Shown: in pieces, positions 22,254-33,862 of the stretch | Layout: each line of letters starts with the position of its first letter | Numbering within the stretch: position 1 is the stretch's first letter | NCBI GenBank assembly: GCA_963814375.1 | Contig: CAWFCQ010000006.1 | Span: 192,817-256,816, forward strand | Direction: 5' to 3' | DNA from: an uncultured Chloroflexia bacterium | GTDB taxonomy: Bacteria; Chloroflexota; Limnocylindria; QHBO01 | Length of the DNA stretch: 64,000 nucleotides | Made by a program: the position numbers and the translations under genes | The notes under the pieces: generated by a model | Databases searched by the model: none | What the model was told of the DNA's origin: nothing | Seen by the model: only the letters and a program-made list of their open reading frames with translations

Positions 22254-23956
22254 CCAGCCCGACCACGGCGCAGGCCGCGCCGGATCCGATGTCGGAAGCC
22301 GGTGCCCCCCAGCTGCTGCGCGATGATCCGCACTGGTACAAGGACGCGATCGTCTACCAGCTCCACGTCAAGGCGTTCATGGACGCCACCGACGACGGCG
22401 TGGGCGACTTCGCCGGCCTGGCGCAGCGGCTCGACTACATCGCCGAGCTCGGCGTCACCGCAATCTGGCTCCTGCCGTTCTATCCATCGCCGCTCCGCGA
22501 CGACGGCTACGACATCGCGGACTTCACCCAGGTTCATCCCGATTACGGCACCCTCCGCGACTTCCGGGTCTTCGTCCGCGAGGCGCATCGGCGCGGGCTG
22601 CGCGTCATCACAGAGCTCGTCGTCAACCACACCAGCGACCAGCACCCCTGGTTCGTGGAATCCCGCGCGGACCGCAGCAACCCGAGGCGCGACTGGTACG
22701 TATGGAGCGACACGGACCAGAAATATACGGACGCGCGGATCATCTTCACCGACACCGAGTCATCGAACTGGACCTGGGACCAGGAGTCGGAGCAGTACTA
22801 CTGGCATCGGTTCTTCAGCCACCAGCCAGACCTCAACTACGACAACCCGCGCGTCATCCGTGCGGTGCTCCGGGTGATGCGCTTCTGGCTCGACCTCGGC
22901 GTCGATGGGCTGCGGCTCGACGCGGTGCCGTACCTCGTCGAGCGCGAGGGCACGAACGGGGAGAACCTGCCCGAGACCCACCAGATCCTGCGTCGGATCC
23001 GCCAGTCGGTGGACGACCGGTACACCGGGCGCATGCTGCTGGCGGAGGCCAACCAGTGGCCGCCGGACGTGCTGCCCTACTTCGGCACGTCGGACGAGCC
23101 CGAGTGCCACATGGCCTTCCACTTCCCGCTCATGCCGCGCATCTGGATCGCGCTGCGCCGCGAGGACCGCTACCCGATCGTCGAGATCATGGACCAGACG
23201 CCCGAGATTCCCGCGGAGGCGCAGTGGGCGCTCTTCCTGCGCAACCACGACGAGCTGACCCTCGAGATGGTGACCGACGAAGAGCGGGACTTCATGTACA
23301 GCGAGTACGCGCGCGACGCGCGGATGCGCATCAACGTCGGCATCCGGCGCCGCCTGGCGCCGCTCGTCGACAACAGCCGGCGCCGCCTCGAGCTGCTCAA
23401 CTCGCTGCTGTTCAGCATGCCGGGCACGCCGATCATCTATTACGGCGACGAGATCGGGATGGGCGACAACGTCTACCTCGGTGACCGCAACGGCGTGCGC
23501 ACGCCGATGCAGTGGACCGGAGACCGCAACGCGGGCTTCAGTCGCGCCGATGTCCACGCGCTGTATGCGCCGCTCGTCGCCGATCCGGTCTATGGCTACC
23601 AGGCCATCAACGTCGAGTCCCAGGAGCGGGTCCCGGGATCGCTCCTGAACTGGATGAAGCGCCTCATTCGCGTCCGCCGCACGCATCCCGTCTTCGGGCG
23701 TGGCACGCTCGAGTTCTGCCACCCGGAGAACCGTCGGGTTCTCGCCTATCTGCGCGAGCACGAGGGCGTCACGATCCTGTGCGTCGCCAACCTCAGCCGA
23801 TTCGCGCAGTACGTCGAGCTCGACCTCTCGCGCTACAACGGGCGCGTCCCGGTCGAGCTCATCGGTCGCGTCCACTTCCCGCGCATCGGCGAGCTTCCGT
23901 ACCTGCTCACGCTCGGCCCGCACGACTTCTTCTGGCTCGAGCTGACCGATGGCTGA
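22250..23956 (+). CDS. treS: Trehalose synthase / maltose alpha-D-glucosyltransferase
   Basis: [51 protein letters not shown]. Confidence 0.96.
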   Translation: MTSPTTAQAAPDPMSEAGAPQLLRDDPHWYKDAIVYQLHVKAFMDATDDGVGDFAGLAQRLDYIAELGVTAIWLLPFYPSPLRDDGYDIADFTQVHPDYGTLRDFRVFVREAHRRGLRVITELVVNHTSDQHPWFVESRADRSNPRRDWYVWSDTDQKYTDARIIFTDTESSNWTWDQESEQYYWHRFFSHQPDLNYDNPRVIRAVLRVMRFWLDLGVDGLRLDAVPYLVEREGTNGENLPETHQILRRIRQSVDDRYTGRMLLAEANQWPPDVLPYFGTSDEPECHMAFHFPLMPRIWIALRREDRYPIVEIMDQTPEIPAEAQWALFLRNHDELTLEMVTDEERDFMYSEYARDARMRINVGIRRRLAPLVDNSRRRLELLNSLLFSMPGTPIIYYGDEIGMGDNVYLGDRNGVRTPMQWTGDRNAGFSRADVHALYAPLVADPVYGYQAINVESQERVPGSLLNWMKRLIRVRRTHPVFGRGTLEFCHPENRRVLAYLREHEGVTILCVANLSRFAQYVELDLSRYNGRVPVELIGRVHFPRIGELPYLLTLGPHDFFWLELTDG

Positions 23957-24500
23957 GCCGGCGACCGCGATCCGGCTCGCGACGGCGGACGACATCGACG
24001 GCCTGGCCCGTGTCAGCCGCCTCGCGTTCGGCGCGACGTATCCGGGCATCGTCCCGCGCGACGTCCTCGACGAGTGGATCGGGAGCGCCTCGAACACGTG
24101 GAAGAAGGGGTTCGCCGAGCGCGAGCCCGACAGCGAGTGGCGGCCGTGGGTCGTCGAGCGGGATGGTGCCGTGATCGGGTATGCCACCACCTCGGAGGGC
24201 AAGGACTGGTGGCTGCCGCCGCCGGAGGGCGCCGGCGAGCTGACGAACCTGTACCTCGACCCGGATGCCATCGGGACCGGCGTGGGCAGCGCGCTGTTCG
24301 ACCACGCCAGGGCCGACCTTCGGGAGCGCGGCTTCAACCCGTTCGTGGTGTGGGCGTTCCGCGACAACCATCGGGCCGTGCGCTTCTACGAGCGCAAGGG
24401 CCTGGCCATCGACGTGGCCGATCACGACTGGCTGCTCGGCGACGTGCCGTGCCCGATCGTCCGCTTCCGCCAGGACTGGCCTGCGAACCAACCGGGATGA
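23949..24500 (+). CDS. GNAT family N-acetyltransferase
   Basis: [30 protein letters not shown]. Confidence 0.9.
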   Translation: MAEPATAIRLATADDIDGLARVSRLAFGATYPGIVPRDVLDEWIGSASNTWKKGFAEREPDSEWRPWVVERDGAVIGYATTSEGKDWWLPPPEGAGELTNLYLDPDAIGTGVGSALFDHARADLRERGFNPFVVWAFRDNHRAVRFYERKGLAIDVADHDWLLGDVPCPIVRFRQDWPANQPG

Positions 24501-25724
24501 TCGCTGCCGACCTCGCGTCCCGCCGCTGGTTCCGCTCGAAGCAGCGCACGATCGCGGCGATCACCGAGGTCGATCGGGCGCCGATCGGGCCGGGGGCGCT
24601 GGTCGTGCTCGAGGTCGGCTTCGCCGACGGTGGCCCCACCGAGCGCTACCTGGCGCCGACGATCGATGGGCGCGAGCCGGCCGACGGCGAGGGGCTGTGG
24701 AGCGCGCTGGCGGACGCTATCGCGCACGAGGCTCGCATCGGCCGCTTTGCGGGGCGCCGGGCTCTCGGCTTCGAGCCCGGGCCGCTGGACGAGCGGCTGC
24801 TGGCCGTCGAGCAGTCGAACACGTCGGTCGTGCTCGGCGAGCGCCTCATCCTCAAGCTGTACCGCCTCCTCGAGCCGGGCGACAACCCGGACCTGGAGGT
24901 GAGCGCCTTCCTCGCCGAGGCCGGATTCGCGCGACACCCCCGCGCTGGCGGGGTCCGTGACGTATGACACCGATGGCACCCACGCCTCCGCGGCGATGCT
25001 CCAGGCGTACGTCGCCGGCGCCGCCGACGCGTGGACCGCGATGCTCTCGGCGCTGGCCGCGGAGCCTCGCCGCGGCGTCGCGATGGCCGAGAAGATCGGC
25101 GCGCTGACGTCGCGACTGCATCGTTGCCTCGCATCTCGGCCCGACGATCCCGGTTTCCCGGCGCGGCCGGCGACCGTGGCGGAGACGGCCGGGTGGCGCG
25201 CCTCCGCCGAGCGGCAGCTGACCCAGGCGATCGCGGCGCAGTCCGGAGCCGGCCACCAGCGGCTCGTGACCCTCGCGCCGCTGGTGCGCGAGAGGTTCGC
25301 CGATGCGTTCGGTTCGGCCACGGGCGACGCGCCGGTCAGCCGCATCCACGGCGACTACCATCTCGGCCAGCTCCTGGCGCGGTCGGACGGCGGCTTCAGC
25401 GTCATCGACTTCGAGGGCGAGCCGGCGCGGCCGCTGGCCGAGCGCCGAGCGCCGTCGTCGCCACTGCGGGACGTGGCGGGCATGCTCCGCAGCCTCGACT
25501 ACGCGGCGCGCACCGCCGAGCGGGAGGGCGGCTTCCGGGCCGATGAATGGCTGAGCGAGGCGCGCGAGGCGTTTCTCGGAGCGTACGGCGAGACGGACGC
25601 CGGCCTGCTCGCCGCCTTCGAGCTGGAGAAGGCCTGCTACGAGATCCGCTACGAGGCCGGCATGCGCCCCGACTGGCTCTGGCTCCCGATGGCCGCCCTC
25701 GAGCGCCTGGTCTCGGGCGACTGA
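24497..25724 (+). CDS. Maltokinase (Mak/Pep2); frameshift near 24930
   Basis: RWFRSK, EQSNTS, LKLYR, RIHGDYHLGQ, IDFEGEP, SPLRDVAGMLRS across two frames. Confidence 0.88.
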
Positions 25725-25741
25725 GCGCGGCTACGAGATCG

Positions 25742-26638
25742 CTATCTCGCCCACCACCCCGGGTCGGGCCGGAACGGCGCCGCCGGCCGGCCCACCGCAT
25801 CGGTGTCGAGCCGATAGACGAGACCGGCGCCTGGCTCGGCTCGTCGCTGCTCGTCGCTCCAGCCCTCGGTCGCGGTCGTGACGTACAGCCGGTCCAGTCG
25901 TTGGCCGCCGAACGCGCACGACGTGGTCTCGGCCGCCGGGACACGCAGCTCCTGGAGCAGCTCACCGTCGGCGGAGTACCGCTGGACACGCCCGGCGCCC
26001 CACACCGCGACCCACAGGTCGCCCGCGGCGTCCACGGTCAGGCCGTCAGGGCCCGAGCCATCGGCCACCGTGGCCAGGACGCGGCCATTCGAGATCGTGC
26101 CCCGGTCGCCATCGAACGCGAATGCGTGAATGACGCGCGGGACGGTATCGGCGAGGTACATCGTGCCGCCGTCGGGGCTCCAGCCCAACCCGTTCGAGAT
26201 CGTCAGGCCGTCGAGCATCTGCTCGATGCGGCCATCGCGGTCCAGCCGGTACAGCGCCCCACCTCCGGCGCGGTTGTCGTGCGCCTTCGTGCCGGCCCAG
26301 AACCGGCCACGCGGGTCGCAGGCCGCGTCATTCATGCGCGTGCCGGCCGGCGCGACCTCGCCGATCGGCCGGACGGCGCCATCGAGGGAGAGGTGCACGA
26401 AGCCCCGGTTCGCGGCCAGCAGCCAGCCGGGATCTCCGTCGATCGGCGCGATGGCACCCACCGTGCCAGGCACCCGGTAGATCCGAACCGGGACGAGGCC
26501 GCCGTCGTCCGTCACGCGGTCGCGGAACACGCGGCCCGCGACGATGTCGACTCGCAGCAGCTCCTCGCGGCGGGCGTCCCACCTCGCTCCCTCACCGAGG
26601 ACGGTCTGCTCCGAGGTGCTCGCGACGGCCTCGGTCAC
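25742..26638 (-). CDS. SMP-30/gluconolactonase/LRE family protein
   Basis: LGEG..WD, RMND...DPRGRFWAG, ISNGLGWS, PDGLTVD, TSCAFGG. Confidence 0.92.
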   Translation of the reverse strand: MTEAVASTSEQTVLGEGARWDARREELLRVDIVAGRVFRDRVTDDGGLVPVRIYRVPGTVGAIAPIDGDPGWLLAANRGFVHLSLDGAVRPIGEVAPAGTRMNDAACDPRGRFWAGTKAHDNRAGGGALYRLDRDGRIEQMLDGLTISNGLGWSPDGGTMYLADTVPRVIHAFAFDGDRGTISNGRVLATVADGSGPDGLTVDAAGDLWVAVWGAGRVQRYSADGELLQELRVPAAETTSCAFGGQRLDRLYVTTATEGWSDEQRRAEPGAGLVYRLDTDAVGRPAAPFRPDPGWWAR

Positions 26639-26658
26639 GCTCTGCCATCCTTTCCTGC

Positions 26659-27105
26659 GTGGACGAACGGCGCGGCCAAGGCTCTGGTCGAGCGACGGCA
26701 AAGCCGCCGCGTCCACCCCTCGCGGTCATCAGACCGTTCACGACGCACGTCTTCAACCCGATCAGCCGGCGCTTCGCCAGGTGGCTGCCCGGCTTCGGCA
26801 TTCTCGCCTACCGCGGCCGGAAGTCGGGCAGGCAATACCGCACGCCGCTCAACGTCTTCCGGCACGAAGACGACTGGATCATCGCCCTGACCTATGGGTC
26901 GGATGTGCAGTGGGTGAAGAACGTGGTCGCCGCCGGTGAGGCCACGCTCGAGATTCGGCGGAACAAGATCCGCGTCGTCGAGCCGCAGGTCATCGTCGAC
27001 CCGCAGCGGCGGCTCATGCCATTCGGAGTTCGCCAGTTCCTCGGCCTCATGCGCGTCAGCGAGTTCATGAGGATGAAGGCCGCGCCGACCGGCGTCGACG
27101 GGTAA
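26659..27105 (+). CDS. Nitroreductase family deazaflavin (F420)-dependent oxidoreductase-like protein
   Basis: GRKSGRQYRTPL, YG..QWVKNV. Confidence 0.82.
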   Translation: MDERRGQGSGRATAKPPRPPLAVIRPFTTHVFNPISRRFARWLPGFGILAYRGRKSGRQYRTPLNVFRHEDDWIIALTYGSDVQWVKNVVAAGEATLEIRRNKIRVVEPQVIVDPQRRLMPFGVRQFLGLMRVSEFMRMKAAPTGVDG

Positions 27106-27138
27106 CCTTCGCCGGGTGATCCCGGAAGCCGCGCTCGT

Positions 27139-29274
27139 ATGGCCCTGAGGGTCTGGCGCGGCAGCCCGTACCCGCTCGGCGCGACCTGGGACGGCTCCGG
27201 CGTCAACTTCGCAATCTTCTCGGAGCACGCCGAGGCGGTCGAGCTCTGCCTGTTCGACGCCGACGGCGCCCAGACCCAGCGGATCCGCATCGCCGACCAG
27301 ACCGATCTCGTCTGGCACTGCTATCTGCCCGATGCCCAGCCCGGACAGCGCTACGGATACCGGGTCTCCGGCCCGTATGCGCCGAGCGACGGGCATCGGT
27401 TCAACCCCGCCAAGCTCTTGATCGACCCGTATGCGAAGCGCATCGACGGGCCGGTGGTGTGGGACGACGCGCTTTTCGGCTACCGCATCGGCTCCGATGG
27501 CAACGAGCCCGACCCGCGCGACTCGTCCGGGTTCGTGCCCAAGAGCGTCGTGATCGACTCGGCCTTCGTGTGGGGTGGCGACGCGCCGATGCGCACACCG
27601 CTCGAGCACACGCTCATCTACGAGCTCCATGTGAAGGGCTTCACCCAGCGTCACCCGCAGGTGCCCGAGGAGCTGCGCGGCACGTACGCCGGGCTCGCCT
27701 CGGTGCCCGCGATCGACTACCTGACCAAGCTCGGCATCACCGCGGTCGAGCTGCTGCCGGTGCACCAGCATGTCGACGAGCGCCATCTCGTCGAGCGCGA
27801 CCTCGTCAACTACTGGGGCTACAACACCATCGGCTTCCTGGCGCCGGACGTCCGCTACAGCGCGACCGGGGAGCCGGTCGGCGAGTTCAAGACGATGGTC
27901 AAGCGGCTCCACGATGCGGGCATCGAGGTCATCCTCGACGTCGTCTACAACCACACCGGCGAGAGCAACCACCAGGGCCCGACCCTCAGCTTCCGCGGCA
28001 TCGACAACGCCGCCTACTACCGGCTCAACCCCGGTGACCAGTCCCGCTACGTCGACTACACCGGCACCGGCAACACGCTCGACGCGACGAGCCCGCGCGT
28101 CCTCCAGCTGATCATGGACTCGCTGCGCTACTGGATCACCGAGATGCACGTCGACGGCTTCCGCTTCGACCTCGCCTCGGCACTGGCGCGCGAGATGTAC
28201 GACGTCGACAAGCTCGGCAGCTTCTTCGACATCATCCACCAGGATCCGACGATCAACCAGGTGAAGCTCATCGCGGAGCCGTGGGACGTCGGGCCCGGCG
28301 GCTACCAGGTCGGCAACTTCCCGGTCGGCTGGGCGGAATGGAACGGCCGGTACCGCGACACGGTGCGGCGATTCTGGAAGGGCGTGGGCGAGCAGACCGC
28401 CGAGCTGGCGTATCGGCTCACCGGGTCGTCCGACCTCTACGCCGGCTCGGGGCGGCGGCCGCACGCCTCGATCAACTTCGTCACCTCGCACGACGGCTTC
28501 ACGCTCCACGACCTGGTCAGCCACGAGTCGAAGCACAACGAGGCGAACGGCGAGGAGAACCGCGACGGCGACAACGACAACAACAGCCGCAACTTCGGGG
28601 TCGAGGGCGAGACCGAAGACGCGGCCATTCGCGAGGCTCGGGAGCGGCAGAAGCGGAACCTGCTCGCCACGCTGCTGCTGAGCCAGGGCGTGCCGATGCT
28701 GCTCGGCGGCGACGAGATCGGCCGCACCCAGGGTGGGAACAACAACGGCTACGCGCAGGACAACGAGGTCAGCTGGTACGACTGGTCGCTCGATCGCGCC
28801 GATCGCCAGCTGCTCGGCTTCACCCGGTCGCTGATTCGCCTCTTCAGGACGCACCCGGTGCTGCGCCGCCGCCGTTTCTTCCAGGGCCGCCAGATCCGCG
28901 GATCGCGGGTGAAGGACCTCACCTGGTTCGCTCTCGACGGCACCGAGATGACCGACGAGCAGTGGAGCGCGCCGGGTGTGAGCACGCTCGCGGTCCAGTA
29001 CGCGGGAGACGCCATGGACGATCGCGGCCCCCGCGGCGAGAAGATCACCGACGACACGCTGCTGGTGATCCTCAATGCCGATGAGCGACCGGTTGACTTC
29101 ACCCTGCCCAACCACGATGCCGCGCGACGCTGGGAGGTCGTCTTCGACACCATCCACCCCACCTTCACGGCGGCGCACGCCGAGCACGACGGCGGCGAGA
29201 CGTACCCGGTCGCCGAGCGCTCCGTGGTCTGCCTGCGGCGGCTGCCGCGAGCGCGCCGCGTGTCGGAGGGCTGA
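27139..29274 (+). CDS. glgX: Glycogen debranching enzyme
   Basis: [43 protein letters not shown]. Confidence 0.97.
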   Translation: MALRVWRGSPYPLGATWDGSGVNFAIFSEHAEAVELCLFDADGAQTQRIRIADQTDLVWHCYLPDAQPGQRYGYRVSGPYAPSDGHRFNPAKLLIDPYAKRIDGPVVWDDALFGYRIGSDGNEPDPRDSSGFVPKSVVIDSAFVWGGDAPMRTPLEHTLIYELHVKGFTQRHPQVPEELRGTYAGLASVPAIDYLTKLGITAVELLPVHQHVDERHLVERDLVNYWGYNTIGFLAPDVRYSATGEPVGEFKTMVKRLHDAGIEVILDVVYNHTGESNHQGPTLSFRGIDNAAYYRLNPGDQSRYVDYTGTGNTLDATSPRVLQLIMDSLRYWITEMHVDGFRFDLASALAREMYDVDKLGSFFDIIHQDPTINQVKLIAEPWDVGPGGYQVGNFPVGWAEWNGRYRDTVRRFWKGVGEQTAELAYRLTGSSDLYAGSGRRPHASINFVTSHDGFTLHDLVSHESKHNEANGEENRDGDNDNNSRNFGVEGETEDAAIREARERQKRNLLATLLLSQGVPMLLGGDEIGRTQGGNNNGYAQDNEVSWYDWSLDRADRQLLGFTRSLIRLFRTHPVLRRRRFFQGRQIRGSRVKDLTWFALDGTEMTDEQWSAPGVSTLAVQYAGDAMDDRGPRGEKITDDTLLVILNADERPVDFTLPNHDAARRWEVVFDTIHPTFTAAHAEHDGGETYPVAERSVVCLRRLPRARRVSEG

Positions 29275-29291
29275 GCGCGACGGCCGCACGA

Positions 29292-31124
29292 ATGCCTCCT
29301 GACTCGGGGTCGATCGTCGAGAGCTCGTACGTCGACGCGCAGCGAAGACGGCGCTCCATCCCCGCCGAGGTCCGCACCGCCGTGCTGGCGGCGATGGGCC
29401 TGGAGCCCGATGCGGTCATCGATGACACACCGCACGTCGTCATCGGCCGCCCGGGCGGCGAGCTCCCGTTGCCGGGCGAGCTGACCCTCGAGGACGGAAC
29501 CGAGCTCGGCAGGCTGCGCACGGTTCCGCCGGATGTTCCATTCGGCTACCACTCGCTGCTCCACGACGACGGACAGCGACAGCTCGTCATCGTCGGTCCG
29601 GGGCGCTGCCATCTGCCCTCGGGCCTGCGCGAATGGGGGTGGACCGTCCAGCTGGCGACGACGCGCTCGCGTCGCTCGTGGGGCATCGGCGATCTCGGCG
29701 ATCTGCGCGAGCTTGCCGAGTGGACAGCCGCGGTCGGCGGAGGCTTCCTGGTGGTGAGCCCGCTCGGGGCCCCGAATCCGGGCCCTGACCCGGAGCCGAG
29801 CCCGTACTTCCCCAGCAGCCGGCGGTTCGGCAGCCCGCTCGCCATCCGCGCCGACGAGGTCCCCGGCGCCGGCGATCTCGACGACCTGGCGGCTGCGGGC
29901 GGTGCCCTGAACGGAGCGCCGGTGGTCGACCGTCGCCGCGCCCTTGGCCTGAAGATGGCCGCCCTCGAGCGAGCCTGGCGAGACGGCCGATACGATCGCG
30001 ACGCCTTCGCGACCTGGCGAGCGGCGGCGGGACCCTCGCTCGAGCGGTGGGCCACCTTCTGCGTCCTCACCGAGCGCCTCGGGCCGGGCTGGCGTCGATG
30101 GCCGTCGGCGCTGCGCGACCCCGCCGCAGCCGACGTGGCAGAGGCCGCACGCGCCGAGGCCGATCGGGTCGCATTCCACGCCTGGGTGCAGTGGTGCTTC
30201 GACCTCCAGCTCGAGGCAGCGTCGCGCCCGCTGCGGCGGATCGCCGACCTGCCGGTGGGCGTCGACCCGGGCGGCTTCGACGCGTGGGAGTGGCAGGGCC
30301 AGCTGGCGCTCGGCGCATCGGTCGGCGCGCCACCGGATCGGTTCAACCGCGCGGGCCAGGACTGGTCACTGCCGCCCTTCGTGCCGCATCGGCTGCGCGA
30401 GGCGCACTACCGCCCCTTCATCGAGACCATCCGCGCGTCGCTGCGTCACGCCGGAGGCCTGCGCATGGATCACGTGCTCGGCCTCTTTCGGCTGTGGTGG
30501 ATCCCGGCAGGGCACGGACCGGAGCTTGGTGCCTACGTGCGCTACCCGACCGATGAGCTGCTCGAGATCGTGGCGCTCGAGTCGCACCGTGCCGGCGCGA
30601 TCGTGATCGGCGAGGATCTCGGCACGGTGCCGCCCGGGGTCCGGCGAGAGCTGCACCGGCGACGGATGCTCTCGACCCGGCTCGCGCTGTTCGAGCGCCA
30701 ACGCCCGGCCCGTTATCCGCGCCAGGCGCTTGCCGGTGTCACCACCCACGACCTGCCGACGGTGGCCGGCACCTGGAGCGGGGCGGACCTCGACGACCAG
30801 GCGGCCGCCGGCATCAGCCCCGATGCGGATGGGCTGGCAGCGCTGCGCGCACGGCTGCTCGCCGCGATGGGCGCCGGCGAGGGGGCCGGTCTCGAGGACG
30901 TCGTGCTCGGGCTTCATCGGGCCCTGGCTGCCTCACCGTCGGCGCTGGTCGCTGCGACCCTGGAGGATGCGCTGAGGGCGGAACGTCGGCCGAACATCCC
31001 GGGCACCGTCTCCGCCCAGAGGCCGAACTGGTCGATCCCGCTCCCCATTCCGGTGGAGGATCTCGGCGGGGACGTTCGCGTCCGGTCGCTGGTGCGGGCG
31101 CTGCGAAGAAAGGAACGGATGTGA
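29292..31124 (+). CDS. malQ: 4-alpha-glucanotransferase
   Basis: GIGDLGDL, SPY.PSSR, DLPVG, GAPPD, RMDHVLG, GEDLG, THD. Confidence 0.93.
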   Translation: MPPDSGSIVESSYVDAQRRRRSIPAEVRTAVLAAMGLEPDAVIDDTPHVVIGRPGGELPLPGELTLEDGTELGRLRTVPPDVPFGYHSLLHDDGQRQLVIVGPGRCHLPSGLREWGWTVQLATTRSRRSWGIGDLGDLRELAEWTAAVGGGFLVVSPLGAPNPGPDPEPSPYFPSSRRFGSPLAIRADEVPGAGDLDDLAAAGGALNGAPVVDRRRALGLKMAALERAWRDGRYDRDAFATWRAAAGPSLERWATFCVLTERLGPGWRRWPSALRDPAAADVAEAARAEADRVAFHAWVQWCFDLQLEAASRPLRRIADLPVGVDPGGFDAWEWQGQLALGASVGAPPDRFNRAGQDWSLPPFVPHRLREAHYRPFIETIRASLRHAGGLRMDHVLGLFRLWWIPAGHGPELGAYVRYPTDELLEIVALESHRAGAIVIGEDLGTVPPGVRRELHRRRMLSTRLALFERQRPARYPRQALAGVTTHDLPTVAGTWSGADLDDQAAAGISPDADGLAALRARLLAAMGAGEGAGLEDVVLGLHRALAASPSALVAATLEDALRAERRPNIPGTVSAQRPNWSIPLPIPVEDLGGDVRVRSLVRALRRKERM

Positions 31125-31627
31125 TGGGCGGCGCCACTTCACCGGACCATGGGCCGGAGCACGATCTCGAGCTCGAGCTGGTGCGCGAGGCCGTCACGAT
31201 GGCCCTCTACGTCGGCATCTCGCTGCTGGCGGTCATGGTCAGCCTCCCGGCGGACCTCATCACCGACCCGGTCAGCACCATCGTCTTCACCTCGATCGGG
31301 CTGATGCTGGCCCACGTCGTCGCCTATCGGCTCTCCACCCGCCTCGTCCACCAGCGCGCCGTCATCGGCCACCACGCGCGGCTGCTCACGGCCCAGCTGA
31401 TCGGCGGGCTCTCCGTGACCGCCCTCGCCGTCACCCCGGTCCTCCTCAGCCCAACGGCCGGCGGCCTCAGGGCCTCGGAGCTCATCCTGCTCGCGTTCGT
31501 GGCGGTCACCGGCTACGTCGCCGCGCGCGCGACCCCGGTCAGCCGGATCCGGGCGCTGATCTACGTCGCGGGGATCGTCGCCTCAGTCCTCGGGATCCTC
31601 TGGATCGAGAGCCTCGTCGTCCACTGA
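31121..31627 (+). CDS. Hypothetical membrane protein
   Basis: About 5 TM helices; coupled to malQ stop; overlaps glgB 3' end convergently. Confidence 0.7.
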   Translation: MMGGATSPDHGPEHDLELELVREAVTMALYVGISLLAVMVSLPADLITDPVSTIVFTSIGLMLAHVVAYRLSTRLVHQRAVIGHHARLLTAQLIGGLSVTALAVTPVLLSPTAGGLRASELILLAFVAVTGYVAARATPVSRIRALIYVAGIVASVLGILWIESLVVH

Positions 31628-33823
31628 CGCGCTGGCGGGCCGCAGGATCAGCCCCGCGAGCGGCGGCAGGCTGAGCAGTGCCGACCAGGGCTGGCCGTGC
31701 CATGACTCCTCGACCGCCTCGACGCCGCCGAGGTTGCCGAGGTTCGACCCGCCGTAGTGCTCGGAGTCGGAGTTCAGCGCCTCCACCCATCGGCCGCCGT
31801 TGGGGAGTCCGAGGCGGTAGTCGGAGCGCGGCACCGGCGTGAGGTTGAGCACCACGACGCAGACGTCGCCGTCGCCGCGCCGCATCCAGGAGTAGACGCT
31901 CGACTCGACGTCGGAGGCGTCGATCCACGCGAAGCCATCGGCCTCGTGGTCGGCGGCCCACAGTGCGGGGGTGGCCGCGTAGACGCGGCCGAGATCCTCC
32001 ACGAAACGCGCGATCCCGCCATGCATCGGCGACTCGAGGAGCTCCCACGGCAGGGCCCGATCGTGCGACCACTCGTCCGGCATGCCGATCTCCGAGCCCA
32101 TGAAGAGGAGCTTCTTGCCCGGCTGGCCCCACATGTCGAGCAGCAGGACGCGGAGGTTCGCGAATCGCTGCCACTCGTCGCCGGGCATCTTGCGCAGCAG
32201 CGAGCCCTTGCCATGCACGACCTCGTCGTGGCTCAGCGGCAGGACGTACTGCTCGGTGCCGGCATAGAGGCCGCGGAAGGTGAGCTTGTCGTGGTGGTAG
32301 CGCCGATGGACCGGGTCCTCGCTGAAGTACTTCAGCGTGTCGTGCATCCAGCCCATGTCCCACTTGAAGCCGAAGCCGATGCCACCGAGGTACGTGGGCC
32401 GGGTGATGCCCGGGAAGGCGGTCGACTCCTCGGCGATCGTCATCACCCCGGGGAATCGGCCGTAGACGCGCTCGTTCATCTCCCGCAAAAAGGCGATCGC
32501 CTCCAGGTTCTCGCGGCCGCCGTGGCGGTTCGGCGTCCACTCGCCGGCCTTGCGCGAATAGTCGAGGTAGAGCATCGAGGCCACCGCGTCCACCCGCAGC
32601 CCGTCGACGTGGTACCGCTCGCACCAGAAGGTCGCGTTGGCGACGAGGAAGTTGCGGACCTCCGCGCGCCCGAAGTCGAAGATGAGGGTGCCCCAGTCGG
32701 GGTGCTCGCCGCGCTGCGGATCGGCGTGCTCGTACAGCGGCGTGCCGTCGAAGGTGCGCAGCGCGAACTCGTCGTTCGGGAAGTGGGCGGGCACCCAGTC
32801 GACGATGACCCCGATCCCGGCGCCGTGGAGCGTGTCGACCAACGCGGCGAAGTCGTCCGGGCTGCCGAAGCGTGCCGTCGGGGCGTAGTAGCCGGTGACC
32901 TGGTAGCCCCACGACCCGTCGAACGGGTGCTCTGCCATCGGCAGCAGCTCGACGTGGGTGAATCCGAACGCGCGGCAATGGGTGACGAGCTCCTCGGCGG
33001 CCTGGCGGTAGCCCAGCCATGACCCATCCGGGTTGCGCATCCAGGAGCCGAGGTGGACCTCGTAGGCGGCCATCGGCGACGTGTACGGATCGCGGGCCGC
33101 TCGTCGTGCCATCCAGTCGTCATCGGTCCATTGATGGACCGATGGGTCCCACACGCGCGACGCCGTCTCCGGGCGAACCTGCATCGAGAAGGCGAAGGGA
33201 TCGGCCTTGAGGCGCAGCTTCCCGTCCCGCCCGAGGACCTCGAACTTGTAGAGCTCGCCGATGCCGATGTCGGGCACGAACAGCTCCCAGACGCCGCTGG
33301 CGCCCAGCGAGCGCATCGGCAGCAGGCGACCGTCCCAGCGATCGAAGTCGCCAACGATACGGACGCTGCGCGCGTTCGGCGCCCAGACCGCGAAGCTGAC
33401 GCCCTCGGCCCCCTGGTGCGTCCGCGGATGAGCGCCGAGCACGTCGTACAGCCGCTCATGCGTCCCCTCGCCGATGAGGTGGAGGTCGACCTCGCCGATC
33501 GTCGGCCCGAAGCGATATGGGTCATCGCGCTCCCAGGCATTCCCGTCCGCGAACGCGAACCGCACGCGGTATCGGAACTGCCCGGGCTGGAGGTCGGGCA
33601 CGATCCCGGCCCACAGGCCGTCCCCGGCGGGCTCCATCGCCGCCAGGCCGCCGTTGGGGGCGACGAGCCACGCGGCGTTGGCGTCCGGATGGAAGGCGCG
33701 GATGACGGTTCCCGTGGGACAGGGATGCGCGCCGAGGATCGAATGCGGGTCGTGATGCTCGCCACGCGCGAGGCGCAGGCGCTCCTCGGTCACCGGACCC
33801 AGCTCGACTGCGCCGGAAGTCAT
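31583..33823 (-). CDS. glgB: 1,4-alpha-glucan branching enzyme
   Basis: [54 protein letters not shown]. Confidence 0.97.
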   Translation of the reverse strand: MTSGAVELGPVTEERLRLARGEHHDPHSILGAHPCPTGTVIRAFHPDANAAWLVAPNGGLAAMEPAGDGLWAGIVPDLQPGQFRYRVRFAFADGNAWERDDPYRFGPTIGEVDLHLIGEGTHERLYDVLGAHPRTHQGAEGVSFAVWAPNARSVRIVGDFDRWDGRLLPMRSLGASGVWELFVPDIGIGELYKFEVLGRDGKLRLKADPFAFSMQVRPETASRVWDPSVHQWTDDDWMARRAARDPYTSPMAAYEVHLGSWMRNPDGSWLGYRQAAEELVTHCRAFGFTHVELLPMAEHPFDGSWGYQVTGYYAPTARFGSPDDFAALVDTLHGAGIGVIVDWVPAHFPNDEFALRTFDGTPLYEHADPQRGEHPDWGTLIFDFGRAEVRNFLVANATFWCERYHVDGLRVDAVASMLYLDYSRKAGEWTPNRHGGRENLEAIAFLREMNERVYGRFPGVMTIAEESTAFPGITRPTYLGGIGFGFKWDMGWMHDTLKYFSEDPVHRRYHHDKLTFRGLYAGTEQYVLPLSHDEVVHGKGSLLRKMPGDEWQRFANLRVLLLDMWGQPGKKLLFMGSEIGMPDEWSHDRALPWELLESPMHGGIARFVEDLGRVYAATPALWAADHEADGFAWIDASDVESSVYSWMRRGDGDVCVVVLNLTPVPRSDYRLGLPNGGRWVEALNSDSEHYGGSNLGNLGGVEAVEESWHGQPWSALLSLPPLAGLILRPASASVDDEALDPEDPED

Positions 33824-33829
33824 GGGGCA

Positions 33830-33835
33830 ACGATA
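33830..33835 (-). promoter_or_regulatory. Putative -10 box TATCGT (leaderless glgB)
   Basis: 6 nt before the ATG; the same GCGGCTATCGT occurs before radC. Confidence 0.5.
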
Positions 33836-33862
33836 GCCGCCCGGCGGGCGGAGTGACGAGGC

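Noticed and set aside
24900-24970. Programmed frameshift in maltokinase
   Set aside because: No slippery heptamer; same pattern as other probable errors
26635-29289. 884-aa antisense ORF over glgX, and similar long shadows (2524-4437, 10995-13571, 41285-43510)
   Set aside because: Typical stop-poor antisense frames in high-GC DNA; no motifs
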